Source: Fonticula alba ATCC 38817 (taxonomy: Eukaryota > Protista > Nucleariida). From it: a DNA stretch of 27,686 bases. The stretch lies in the NCBI GenBank assembly GCA_000388065.2, contig KB932201.1; one strand, 5' to 3'. Positions 1-11,565 of the stretch are shown piece by piece; within the stretch, counting starts at the first letter, position 1, and every line of letters starts with the position of its first letter. The translations under genes and the position numbers were made by a program. The notes beneath the pieces were generated by a model, which saw only the letters and a list, made by a program, of their open reading frames with translations, had not been told where the DNA came from and searched no databases.

Positions 1-1603
1 CCCCCCCCCCCCCCCCCCGTGCCAGTGATGCAATCCGCAGCCTGACAAAATGGGCCGGCCCATCGAGCGCCGGGTCCGGGGCGGCCGGCAGCAGCGCCGG
101 GAGCGAGGCCCAAGTGCCGGACACCTCCGTGCGCGGCAAGGCCGCCGCAGGGCATTGCAGGCCTCCCCGCCCATACCTGTGCATCCCCCCCCCCCCCGCC
201 CGCCCCGGCGGCTGGTGGCAGTTAACCTTCGGGTGCACGGGGACAAGGAGCCTGGCGGTCGACTCGCGAGCACTCGGCCACCCGGCCCCTCTCGCGCCGT
301 GTGCGGCTGGGCGCCGGTTTGACTCGGTGAGACCGCGGACCTGGGGCAGCTCGGCGGGGGTGCGCACCAAAAAAAAGCCGCATATCCGCCTCTTCCGGCC
401 CATTTTTCTGTATGTCCCCCCCCCCCGGGGGGGGGGGGGGGGGGGCGGAGGCAGCGACAAGGCAGAGGCCGCCATTTCCCGCGGCCCTGAGAATTTGAAG
501 GAGATACTCCCCCCCCCCCCCCCCCCCCGGGTGGCCCTCAGGGGCGATGGCGAGGACTTCACCACGGACGCGTCCTGGCGTATGTCGCCCCCTCGGGCGG
601 CTGATATTCGGGGTTGCCCGGGCGGGGGCCGCGCCTCGAGAGCACGCGCGCGCATTGGGGGCTGGATTTCCGCGCGCGTGCGCGCCACGCGCACATGCGC
701 CGAGCCGGCCCCCTCGTCCGCCGTCCGTGTCCGGGGGCAAGGGCGGCCGGTTGTGTTCCTGCCTTGGCGCGGGCGGTGCACTCAACCGGATCCTGAGGTC
801 CAATCCCATCCCTCTTCCCCACGCCCCGCCCCCCGCGCCCCCCGCCGGTCGGGAGGCGAGGGGAGGGCCGCTTGGACCGAACACGGGCCCTGGTTCCCCC
901 TCCCCCCCCCCCCCATCCCCTGTGTACGCGCAACACGCGTGTTTCCGAAGGGAGAAACATGGCCGCCCGTGCGTGCGCCTGTGTCATATAATTATATTTT
1001 TTGTATCGCGCCCGCCCCCGTCCATATGCCCATCCTTTTTCACCGCCGCGGCCGGGGTAAAAATGCCGGGGAGGGGAAACGGCCTCCGCCGCCCGCTGGC
1101 CGCCGCCCGCGGTGTGCGCGAGTTTCGCGAGAGATGCCAACGCCCTCGGAATCACGCCGCCGCCAGCCTGAGACGGCAAGTCACACCATATGGTACCTGA
1201 TCACACAGTGGTGGCAGGCATTTCTCGCTGACCTGTGGGGAGAAGATCCCCTCAGAGGGACGCTAGCCAGATCTCTCCTTCTCTCTCTCTCCCCGCCCCT
1301 CATCTCCCCCCCCCCTAGCTCCGGCATCTGCCCGATCGCGCCTAGACTTCTTGCCCNNNNNNNNNNNNNNNNNNNNNNNNNNNNNNNNNNNNNNNNNNNN
1401 NNNNNNNNNNNNNNNNNNNNNNNNNNNNNNNNNNNNNNNNNNNNNNNNNNNNNNNNNNNNNNNNNNNNNNNNNNNNNNNNNNNNNNNNNNNNNNNNNNNN
1501 NNNNNNNNNNNNNNNNNNNNNNNNNNNNNNNNNNNNNNNNNNNNNNNNNCCCCCCCCCCCCCCACCAACTGACGTCCGTCATCTTGGTGGCCCCCCCTGG
1601 CAG

Positions 1604-3733
1604 ATTCTCCGGCTTTCGCGTGACACAGCCGCGGCCGCAAGTCCCCCCGCCTCGCCGCACATTGCTCGTCTCCTGGAGGATCTCGGTCCCAATGCGCCGC
1701 TGGATGTTCTTTGCTCCGGCCCGATGGCCGATCGGCACGTGGTGCGTGCCCCTGCCAGCCTTCACACTACTCCTGACTCCGTTTCTCTTTCTTTCTCCCT
1801 CTTCGCCTCTCCGCCCCGCTCGATCTCGGCTCATGCATTTCCCATACACCGACCTGGGCCATGGTAGATCATTCGTGTGCTGCATGCACGCGCCGGGGCG
1901 CCGGCCGATGCCGCCATCCTCCTTTCGCACCTCTTCCGTGCCCTCCGGCTGAACACCCCCGCGCCGGCGGGACTCCCCCCGCCGGACACCGCCCTGCCGC
2001 CGGATGCCGCCAACTTCCTCCAATTGCTGGGATCCTTTGTGGAACCCCGCGCGCGCGGCGTCCCCCTGGCCCCGGCGCCCCCGGCCCCCGGGTCCGATGC
2101 GGCCACCTCCGCCGCGCGGCTGGTTGAACTGCTGGCCCTGGCCTGCCGAGCTCCCCACCCGGTGGCCGATCCCGATCCGGACGCCTCAGCACACGGGAAT
2201 CCACCCCACGGCCTTGTTGGTAGCCACCAGTGGGTTCACTCGACGGCCCTGCCTCTGGCTCTCGGCATTGTGCGCGCCCTACGCTGCTGCCCTGCCGCCT
2301 CCATGCGCTCGTCAACACTCACCCCTCTGCTCGTCCTCCCCGTTTCCTCCCCCCCCCCCTATATACACGCAGCTCGCCACGCATACATGCCCCGAAGTTC
2401 TACAAACTGCAGCCGACCTGGTGCTCGGCGCGGACAGCCCCCCCGGCGGGGGCCCCGGGCTGCTGGAGTCCGCGGAGCCTGGCGGCGAGTCGGTTTTCGC
2501 CACGCTCGCCGGGCGCATCGACAATAGCGCGGCCCTGCTTCTGGCACATGCGGCCGCGCCGGCACGCGTGGCCGGGCTCCGGCTTTTCGGCGCATACATC
2601 CGCCTGGGCTCCGGGGCGCCGGCCAACTGGCGGACCCCCGGCAGCAGCCCCGGCGGTCGGCAGCTCCATACGGCCAAGGAAGTTGGCCGGCTGATCAGCA
2701 CGCTGGCCTCCTTCTTCCGGGATCGCGACCATCGAGTGCGCGAGGCGGCCCTGCAGCAGCTGACCGACTTGCTGGATTGGCTGGTGTGTTGCCCGACGGG
2801 CCCGGTGCCGGGGGTGTGCCGATTGCTCTTTGCTTCGAATGACTACGCCGGGGGCCCTTCATCTTCCTCTGCCCCGGAGGGGGCGGCCCCGGTCCCGCCA
2901 ATTTTGGCCCGGTGCTTCCTCCTGCCGGCCGACGCGTCACTCGATGACCGTCACCAGCCGGTTCGACTGGCCGCGCTGCGGCTGTTGGGGGCCGGCTTTG
3001 CCGCGGCCCGGCGCCTCCTCCTGCCGGTCACCTTCCAGGGGCTGCTGCAGAATGCCGATCGGGGGTCCCTCCCGGCGGCGCGCATTCCGCCGGTTTTTGT
3101 CCTGCTCTTCCGAACAGCCTGCCGCGTGGCCCAAAGCGACCCTTCGCGACATGTGCGCGCGGCCGCGCACCAGCTCGTCGGCCAATGCATGCGCATCCCG
3201 ATCGCCGCGACCCGCTACTCGCTCAGTGCCTTGACCAATACCGGGCGCCTGCGGTACAGCCACGCCGGGCTTGACGGGCCGTCCGGCGGAGCTGGCGGCG
3301 GGGGCGGCCGCGATGGCCGACGCCACCGGGGCGCCAGCCAGCACCATCCCATCCGCACATCCATCCCCGGGGTCAACACCGCCAGCGGCTTCGAGGGGAC
3401 CGGCTTCGGCATTCGCCCCACGGACCATGAGGCCACGGTGTCCATGTTTGCCCCGGAGTCGCCGGTTAATCTCAACGACCCGGCCGTGCTTGAGGACGAT
3501 GAGGACGCCGAAAACACCGAGGAGAGCCTGCGCTTTGTGCAGGCCGGCTCCTTCGGCGCCTTTGTCCACGGTCTCGAGGACGAATATGCCGATGTCCGAA
3601 TCGCGGCACTCGGTATGTTCCCCGGCTTACTTTGCTTCAGTTGTTGTCTCCCATCGCGCATGGCCTGTTGTCCATCCCTTTCGCCCGGTTGCGCTGTACT
3701 TCCCCTGCCTTCCTCCTGATCACCGCGCGCGCG

Positions 3734-3764
<31 letters not shown>

Positions 3765-6700
3765 ACCCGCCCGTCCCTTTCCCTCCCCGCACACGCCCAT
3801 ATGCAGATGCTCTCGAGCTCTTCTCCCTGGAGTCTGAGACCTTTGCCCTCCGGGCACTGGATCTGATCGTCGGGATGTTCAGCGATGAGATCGACGCCGT
3901 GCGCGTTCGGGCCATGCGCGCCCTGCGGTCCATCCTTCGCTATCACCATGCCCGGGCGGCCCACATGAACACCGTGCTGCCGCGCTTCACCGAGCCCCCG
4001 CAATTGGCCTCCACTTCCACGGCCATCGTCGCACCCAATGCCCTGGGCCGCCTGGATCGTTTGCAGGTGTCCAGCGCCAACCCCTCGCGCTTGGCCCTAT
4101 CACGAGAGCATTTGGCCTTCCTGCTGCCCGGGCTGTCGGACGCCAATCCGGCCGTGCGAGCGGCCTCGCACGCTCTCCTCCGGGCGCCGATCAATCTGCC
4201 GGATTTGCCGGCCCTGCGCATGTGCCTGACGGCGCTCGCGGGGAACCTGGCCTCGCCGATGCTCGGGCGGTGGGGCAGCGTCGGCCCGGAGGACCGGCAC
4301 TCGGCCCAAGCCGAGTACATCGCCGACTACCAGTGTGATTTGACGGATCTCCTGCGGCAGGCAACCAGCGAGGCGCATGTCCGGCGCCAAGGGGCCCCGC
4401 CGGGGCTGCACTGGCTCCCGGGGGCTGGCCGGCGGCTTTTGCGCTGGTCCGGGGCCCGGCCATTGGACCAGATGGATTCCCAAACCGAGGACCACCCGAT
4501 GATGGGGTTCTTCATGTCGCAGCATTTTGGCCGCACGGTCTTCGGCCTCGAGGAGGCCTTCGACGCGGCTCTGCCCCTGTTGAATCGCTCGGCCGAGGCC
4601 ACCGAGCTGGATGCCGTGGACCGCGAGCGCCATGCCATCTATGCGGCCTTCCGGGCGCTGGGGCGCTTCCATCCTCGCCTGGCGGCCCACATGCTGGATG
4701 GGCTCCTGGGCCTCAGTCGGACCCTGCTGCTGCCGGACCACCGGGCCGACGACCCGGATTATCGATCGCGCGTGGTCTTCGCCGTGAATGCGGCGGCGGC
4801 CGGGGCCCGGGCGGCCGAGCGTCTGACCGGTGTGCTGGTTTTCGGCTCGCCGGCCGAGACTCTGGCCATTGCCGGCGAGCCGTCGGCCGACGGCGGCGGC
4901 ATGGCCAGCCGACTGCCGCCACACATCTTGCGCCATGCTCGTCTGCTGGCCGCCGAATTGCCGGCACTCTTTCTCGGCTGCGAGCTGGTCACGGCCCGGA
5001 TGCCGGGCTTCACCGGCGGGCTTGGCCCGGCCTTCAGCCCCGCGGAGTTGTCAATTGCGCGGGATGTGGCGCGGGGGTTGGCCGGTGCCGGGCCGGCTTC
5101 CCGTCTGGCCGAGGCCCAGCTCCTGCAATTCGCCGCCACCGGGAACATGTCCCCTGGGGTAAGTGATCCGGCTTCGACGGGCGTCTCCTCGGCTGCCAGC
5201 CAGAGACATGTGGCCAGCGACGAGGAAATGGCAATCGATGAGCCAGACGGCCGAGAGGCCGGCTCCACACACCATGCGGATGCCTCGCGCCCGGCCACGC
5301 GTCACGACCGTCCGATGACGGTTAACGTACTGCGCGGCTCGACCGTCGCACTGCTGGATCTCTTGCGCGCGGTGCTCGCGGCATACGCGCGCGCAGCCAC
5401 CGATCCGGGCCCGGCCCTGGAGCACATGCTTCGTCAATTGGAGTGCGTGCCCGATATGTGGCATGTTTCCCGCATGCCCCCCATCGCCCTTTTCCCTTCC
5501 CCCCCCCCCCCCCCCACCCGCCATGCTCCCTCTTCCGGTATGGGCAGTTGCACTGACAAAAGCCGATAACCAGCATGCTTGACAGCGAACCCGGAGACAT
5601 GCCAGCCGACGACACGGCCGCGCGTGCCTCATCCGCCATCCTTGCCTCGCTGGCGGCGACCAATCGCGAAATTCTAGCCGGCTCGAATGCCATCGCGGCC
5701 GGGCCCCTCACCACCGGGCCACTCATGAGCGATATTCGCCAGGGGCGGCTGTTGAACTCCTTTGTCGGGGGGTTCTGGCCGATGTTCCTTCGACTGGCGG
5801 TGTTGGGCGCCCAGTGTCGGGGGCACTTTGCGCGAACCGTGGGTCCCCTCTTGCCCGAAGCCCCCGGCGGGCTGCTTTCTCGAGCGACAGCTCGCCGGCC
5901 GGCCGAGGAGACCCTCATGGCCCAGTGTGCGGCTCTCGGGCGTTTGGCCCGGGCGGCTTACAATGCTGCCGTGGCGCTTCTCGCTCGGAGCTCGGTACCA
6001 GGGCCGGTGGTGCCGGCGGCAACATCCGGGCACTACTCTCCGCGTGCTCGGCGCATGCATGCCTGGCTCCGTGCGAATTTGGAGCTGCTGCGCCTGCATG
6101 CGGTCCTATTCCATGTCATGGCTTGGCTCCCGGGGCCGTTGTCCGAGGTGGCTCACATGCATGGGCCCGATGCTGGCCGTCTGGCTCGGCAACTGGCCAC
6201 GCGCGTGGAGCACACCCTCGGCTTGGTGCAGCTGGTGGTGGAGGACATGCGGCCGTCGGATGGCCAGCAGGCTTTCGAGCCGGGCATGGCGGTTGGTGGC
6301 GCGGGCGCCGGCCTGCCGCCCCTGGCCCCTGCCCTGGCAGCGTTGCAGGCCTCCCTGGGGCTGGTCCATCAGGCTGCCACGGCGGCCGTGACGGCTGGCG
6401 ATCCTGCAGCCGGCCTACGAGCGTTGTATGTTGTGCTACGCCGGTTCCTCCGCCACCCTGCCTCTACGTGGACCCTGCCGGCGGACCTGCTCCTGGTGGC
6501 CGATGGCCCGGCCTGCGATGTGTCAGGCACCAGCGGCCTGGAGGCGGGCCTTGCGCGAGAGTTGGCCCTCGTGCCACCGCTGTCACGCGCGCGCCTCGAC
6601 ACCCCGCGCGACAATCGCGGCAATCCCCTGCGCTTCTCCTCGCTCCTGCCTCTGGCTGTGGACATCCGTGGCGTGGCATATAATCTGCCGGACTCGGCGC

Positions 6701-7532
6701 TACTCCCCCACGCCACAGTTGGCCAGGGGGCGACCGCGCCGCGCATCACCAGCCCCAGGCTGGCGGTGTTGGTTCGTCTGCCATGCGGCCGGTCGCGGAT
6801 TGTCTTCCCCCGCGTGCACCCGGCTGCGGGATCGACGGCGTCCATTGCCGCAACCGCGGCCGCCGGGTCTGATGCCTATGCTTCCTTCGATCGCAGCACT
6901 CACATACTGTCCAGCCCGGCTGGCATCGAGTCGCCGGAGGGGTTCTCGCCCCTGGCCGAGGCAGATGCCCTGCAGCCTAGCGAGGCTTCCTTCGACGCGA
7001 CCCTCGAGCTCTCGACCGTCACATGGACCGGTACGCGCGATTATTGCTTCCTTGATTCCGGCCGGCCCCCGTCTCGATGCTCGACCCCTGGGTCCCGAGT
7101 CCCTTTCCACTCACCTCTGCCCTCTTCGTCATGCTGAAAACCAAACACTTTGCAAACACACACGCACACACACACACACACACGCACACACGCACACACA
7201 CACACACACACACGCAAATGCGTCTAGGATCTTCCACCCTGGAGCTGGTTACCGGGCTGGCATTCAATCATGACGACCATCTCGATCATGGGCTCCTCGA
7301 AACCCTTCAGGTGAGCCACCTCTCCTCGGACGATGGTGCCTATGCCCTTGTTCACAGTGCCGCCTCCGCGGTCGAGGTCCTGCCCCTGGGCCGGAGTGGG
7401 TCCGGGAGCGATGTGACCAATGCCCTGGGAGAGTATGCCTTGCACTTTATTCCGCTCTCTGACCCGGTGCGGGTACATGTGCATCCTCTCTCGCCGCACC
7501 TGCCCAACCCGCAGCATGGGCCAAAGCGGTGA
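1604..7532 (+). CDS. INTS4: Integrator complex subunit 4-like HEAT-repeat protein, 5' partial, at least 1725 aa
   Basis: Exons 1604-1741, 1868-2269, 2373-3612, 3807-5442, 5574-7030, 7228-7532 (5178 nt, frame preserved, all GT-AG). The spliced motif GAFVHGLEDEYADVRIAALDAL...ALDLIVGMFSDEIDAVRVRAM matches the recalled INTS4 GAFVHGLEDE..EVRIAA...LVDMFNDEIEEVR. The C-terminal FIPLSDPVRVHVHP matches the recalled TIPFSKPVKVYIMP. The first exon or exons lie in or upstream of the gap at 1357-1549 and are unresolved. The first two listed exons are less certain. Confidence 0.8.
7156..7215 (+). repeat. Imperfect (CA)n/(CACG) microsatellite in the last INTS4 intron
   Basis: Directly visible. Confidence 0.95.
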
Positions 7533-7720
7533 TGGGCACGTGTGTGCATGCTCCCCTTGCCTTCCCTTGGCCCCCCCCCCCCCCCCTCGCGCCCTCGCGC
7601 CCTTCTCCTTGCCCTTCTCCCTGCCATAATAGATCTTCCGCCTTCAGGCTGCTCGAAGCATCGCGCCTGATAGCACCCCCACGCCGAGATGCACATGCCG
7701 TGATGGGAGATCGGGTGCAA

Positions 7721-7721
<1 letters not shown>

Positions 7722-7766
<45 letters not shown>
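7722..7766 (+). repeat. (GCA)15 trinucleotide repeat between convergent genes
   Basis: 15 perfect units, outside both inferred CDSs. Confidence 0.95.
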
Positions 7767-7767
<1 letters not shown>

Positions 7768-7898
7768 AGGGAAGGGGACAGCGGGCACAGCCAGCCCGGA
7801 CACTTGACAGGGCAGATGTATTGCGTGAGCGGGCCCGCCTGGCGTGGAGGAGGTGGGGGGGGGGGGGGCGCGCAGGGAAGGCAAGACAAAGGCCCAGT

Positions 7899-8348
7899 CT
7901 ACTCGAAGGTCATCCACATGCCACGGTCGACCAGCTGCCCGTTCGGAGCGAACTTGAGCCAGCCAAAGGCCGCACGACCGCGCCAAAAGTATACCCACAC
8001 CGGCAGATCGAGCGGGGTGCCAAGCAACGACACCTCCCCATCGCACGAGGTGATTGTCGGATTTGGCAGCGGAATCTCCTGCACCGCGGCCGCCGAGTGG
8101 GCGGTCAAATTCGGCGTACCCAACACCCGCTTGCAATCCTCGATGGTCCAAGTGTCGGGGGCCTGCTGGAGGAGGCTTTCCAGGGCCAGGTGCTTGGGAC
8201 TCCCAAGGTGGTCCTGGTCAGAGAAGCCACCGCCACACGGGATGTCAGGGCCGCACCAGAAGTGCGATGGGGCATGGCGATGCTGGGAAAAGGTCTGACA
8301 CGCCTCATCAAAGGGCATCAGAGCACTCGACTGCAGGAGGTAGGGCAT
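7899..8348 (-). CDS. Small uncharacterised protein, 149 aa (MPYLLQSS...VWVYFWRGRAAFGWLKFAPNGQLVDRGMWMTFE)
   Basis: Complex, protein-like composition unlike the shadow ORFs. The ATG is in cacaccATG context, directly after a pyrimidine tract and CAG acceptor (8356). TAG stop at 7899-7901. An upstream coding exon cannot be excluded. Confidence 0.6.
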   Translation of the reverse strand: MPYLLQSSALMPFDEACQTFSQHRHAPSHFWCGPDIPCGGGFSDQDHLGSPKHLALESLLQQAPDTWTIEDCKRVLGTPNLTAHSAAAVQEIPLPNPTITSCDGEVSLLGTPLDLPVWVYFWRGRAAFGWLKFAPNGQLVDRGMWMTFE

Positions 8349-9036
8349 GGTGTGGCTGCAAGAGAAGAGAAGAGAGAGGAGAGGGGAGGAGGAAGAAAAA
8401 GGGGAGGAGGAGGAGGAGGAGGAAGGGTCCTTGGGGCCGCCCTGAGAGACGCCCCCATCGGACCCGGAGCCAGAAGAAGCCCTGCCCCGGACCATCTTTC
8501 CGTGATCGGTACGCACAATCCCCCCCCCCCCCCCCGGATCCTGTCCGTAGCATCTACACTCGCTGTTGGGGGCCAGCCTTAGTGACAACAGACCAGCTGG
8601 CTGTTTTACAAGAGACGCGCGGGTCTCCAATATCAGAACCGATGCACGGAGAGTGATCGGCGGTGTTGATTGGCAGGAGCCTTGGGGTTTCGGTCGCCCC
8701 CCCCCCCCGCGCTGGAGGCACCTTTCACTCTTGCATCCTCCCTCTCATCCTGGCCCCCTGGATGTGGGCGTGGACTCGCAGGCCGGCGCACTCACACACC
8801 CACACACCACCCGCACGCCTGCCCACGCGCACATGCATGCCCCCCCCCCCCGTATGCAAGCAACAGGAACAAAAGCAACGACAATAATGTACATGATACG
8901 TAAATGCACCTGCGGAGAGGGGAGTTCCCGGGCAGTGATTGCCAATGGCCCACGCCATGGGTGCCGTGAGGAGTGGCGCGAGGGAACCACAAAACCCCGG
9001 CGGACGAGGCCCCCTCCCTGTTCTCGATCGCCGAAG

Positions 9037-10598
9037 CTACGCCAGTTTCTCGGCCAGGCTGGTTTTGGAGGAGCCGGCGGGGGGGCCTCCGCCGGGGGCA
9101 GCGGCCCCCAGCGGGCCTTGCGAGGCGCCGGTGATCAAACTCCGATTGGCTTCCTTCTCCTGGAGGATGGCCTGGTGGACCGATGGGCTGACCACCAGGA
9201 CGAAGTACACCGCGAACATGCCGCCCAAGGCCACAAACACCAGGACAAACACGACAATGGCATTGATGAAGACATTGAGTGCACTCTTGGGGATGCGCTC
9301 TGGCTCGAAGTTCTCGCCTTCAGACCAGCTGGCGGTCGAGAAGGGCAATTCAGGAGCACAGAGGCGCCGGGAATGGGCGGGGGGCGGCGGGTCGAGATGC
9401 CAGTCAGCGAGGGGAGGAGGAGAGAAAGGGAAAGGTGGCCGACAAGTGGGAGCCTGAGGAAGAAAAAGCAGCGGAGGAAAGAGGCCGGTTGGAACGCACA
9501 TGACCACCCCGTGCATGTCGACGAAGGCATTCTCCACAGCCACGCCCTTGTGGAAGACCGACCCGGTCATCACATCCACCAGGGACCCGGAGACCACGCG
9601 GCGGAATTGGTCGCGCACCGGGTAGGCCGTCGCCGCCACAATGTGTCGGCCGAGCAGATGCATCAAGGAGAAGCCCCCGGAGAAGGTTTCCCCATCATTG
9701 CCGCCCAGCATGTCCGGGTGAGACATGTGCATGATGAAGTTGATGTGATTCCCGACATAGGTGTCCACCGGGACCAGCCGCGGGGGGAGCGGCATGGACC
9801 GGACCGTCGCCTGCAGGGCGGGGCTCAGGCTGGTCGTGTCCACGAAGCCGTACACATCCAGGCGCAGGCCAAGGGCATGCACCGCGGCCGGAGTCATGCG
9901 CTGGTACACCGGCCAGAAGGGGATCGTCAGCGGGATGTACCGCCGACCGCGGTTGGTGGTGGCCACGCGGCAGCGGGCGAAGCCGTCTAGCAGCACGAGC
10001 GGTGCAGGCGAAAGGGGCGGGGGAGGGAAAGGGGGGCGAGGGGGAGAGGGCGGCGGAAAGACGGGTCAGCACACAATGGAGGAGCAGTGAAAGGGACAAA
10101 GCCCCGGGCAAAAAGGCACCGCCAGTTGTACTGGGCGAAATGCGGGTGGGGAGGAGAGGGGGGGGGGACGGCGCGGCGGGGCAGGCACGCGAAGGCCGAC
10201 CGCAGGGACGCACTCTCAAAGAAGGAGGCTGGCAGGGTGCACGTGTACTCCATGTTGGTGGCCATGAACGTGCGCAGGGGCATGTTGTTGTTCAGGCAGT
10301 TGGGGAAAGGAGCCCACGTCTCAACCTCGATGCCTTCCTGCTCAATGTCGGTGGCTGACTGGCCGCTGGACATGTTGTCTGCGGTGACCACCTTGCCATC
10401 GATCAGCCGGCCGCGAATCAAGCATTGGAGGGACACCCGTTCGCGCAAGCCGAACGGACTGTCTGACCCCTTCTCCGTCTTCTTGGGGAGTGTGCTGGGG
10501 ATCCGACTGGGGCTGGCGGTATCTGTACTGAAGACCGCCGAGGCAAAGGCCAGGCAGAGGAGGACCGCCGCCAGGAAGGGGGACAGCGCCCGTCTCAT
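9037..10598 (-). CDS. Uncharacterised type I single-pass membrane protein, 387 aa
   Basis: Exons 10598-10214, 9986-9500, 9328-9037 (1164 nt, in frame, both donors GTGCGT). Signal peptide MRRALSPFLAAVLLCLAFASAVFS, Cys-containing lumenal domain, transmembrane segment NVFINAIVVFVLVFVALGGMFAVYFVLVV, short cytosolic tail. Confidence 0.8.
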
Positions 10599-10998
10599 GG
10601 TGGTGAGAGGTGGTGACGAAAGGAGGGGAGGGGAAAAAAAAAAGAGGGGGCTCGACGGAGCTGGAGGGAGAGGGAGAGACAGAGAAGTGTGACTGCTGTG
10701 TCACAAAGGCCAGGCCCAGTCTGGAGGCAGCTGAAAAAGGGAGCCGCCTCCGCGTTGTCGCCGAGGAGGGGAGCCGAGCGCTGAGAGCACCCCCCCCTCC
10801 CCCCCCCCCTCGCCGAAGATGGGCAATGGGCCGCGCCCGAGTGGAGTTCTCCCCGCCCGAGGCAGGGGCAGATCCCCGTCTCCTCGGGCGGGCGCGGGGA
10901 AACATGAGAAAAGCCGAATAGGTGCCGATGCACCCCTGATGATGTGGAGGCCAATTTGTCGGGCGCCAAATGACTGGCGAAAATGCGGCAGCCGGGGA

Positions 10999-11028
10999 GG
11001 TTAAGCATCCGGTTAAGCGTGACACGTG
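10999..11028. promoter_or_regulatory. Candidate divergent-promoter core: GGTTAAGC x2 plus CACGTG E-box
   Basis: GGTTAAGC at 10999-11006 and 11011-11018, CACGTG at 11023-11028, midway between the divergent ATGs at 10598 and 11566. Confidence 0.3.
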
Positions 11029-11220
11029 CCTGGATCACGGATACTTCTCCATGCGGCTGCCCCGAATGCAATCTCCCGGGCCCGCCTCAACTGGCCTGTT
11101 GGTGTCCGCGCGGCGTCGGCAGCAACGCACCCACGCCCCGCCCCGCCCCCGTCCGGCCCCGGTGCGCCCGGGGCACAATCCCCCCTGGGGTGGTCGGCCC
11201 GCGCGGTGCGCCGCCACGCA

Positions 11221-11222
<2 letters not shown>

Positions 11223-11251
<29 letters not shown>

Positions 11252-11280
11252 CACGCACACACATGCACACGCACGCGCAT
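11223..11280 (+). repeat. (CA)n microsatellite upstream of RRP12 (probable 5'UTR intron)
   Basis: Directly visible. Confidence 0.9.
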
Positions 11281-11565
11281 CCGCCCCGGCTCCGAAGCCA
11301 AAGCCCTCGCGGCGTCCGCACACCCCTCCCGCGACGACCTGTGTGTCGGAGGTGCATCGAACTGCGGAGGAGATCCCAAGAGGCCGACCAGCAATGCGGC
11401 CGCCCCCCCCCTCGCTTCCCGTTTAAGGCTGCCCTATCCTCCCTCCGGATTCCCTTCCACTCTTCAAGCCCCTCTTTTTCCTTTTGCTCCCCCCTCGACT
11501 CCCGCCCCTATCCCCTCCTACCCCTTCCTCCCCTTCCCTCCCCACCGGCCTCTCCCAACAGCACC

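Noticed and set aside
47-406. 12-bp inverted repeat AAAATGGGCCGG (47-58 / 395-406) as MITE termini
   Set aside because: There is no target-site duplication, and one such match is plausible by chance in GC-rich DNA.
114-1952. 612-aa ORF on the + strand
   Set aside because: It reads through an N gap and poly-C/G tracts, has Pro/Arg/Gly-rich shadow composition and shows no recognisable motif.
7722-7766. (GCA)15 as a coding poly-Gln, poly-Ser or poly-Leu tract
   Set aside because: It lies between two convergent stop codons, and the surrounding frames lack protein-like sequence or splice support.
8566-9990. Long antisense ORFs (8566-9990 +, 24446-25612 -, 14865-15854 - and similar)
   Set aside because: They lie opposite well-supported genes. 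Stop-poor antisense frames are expected at this GC content.
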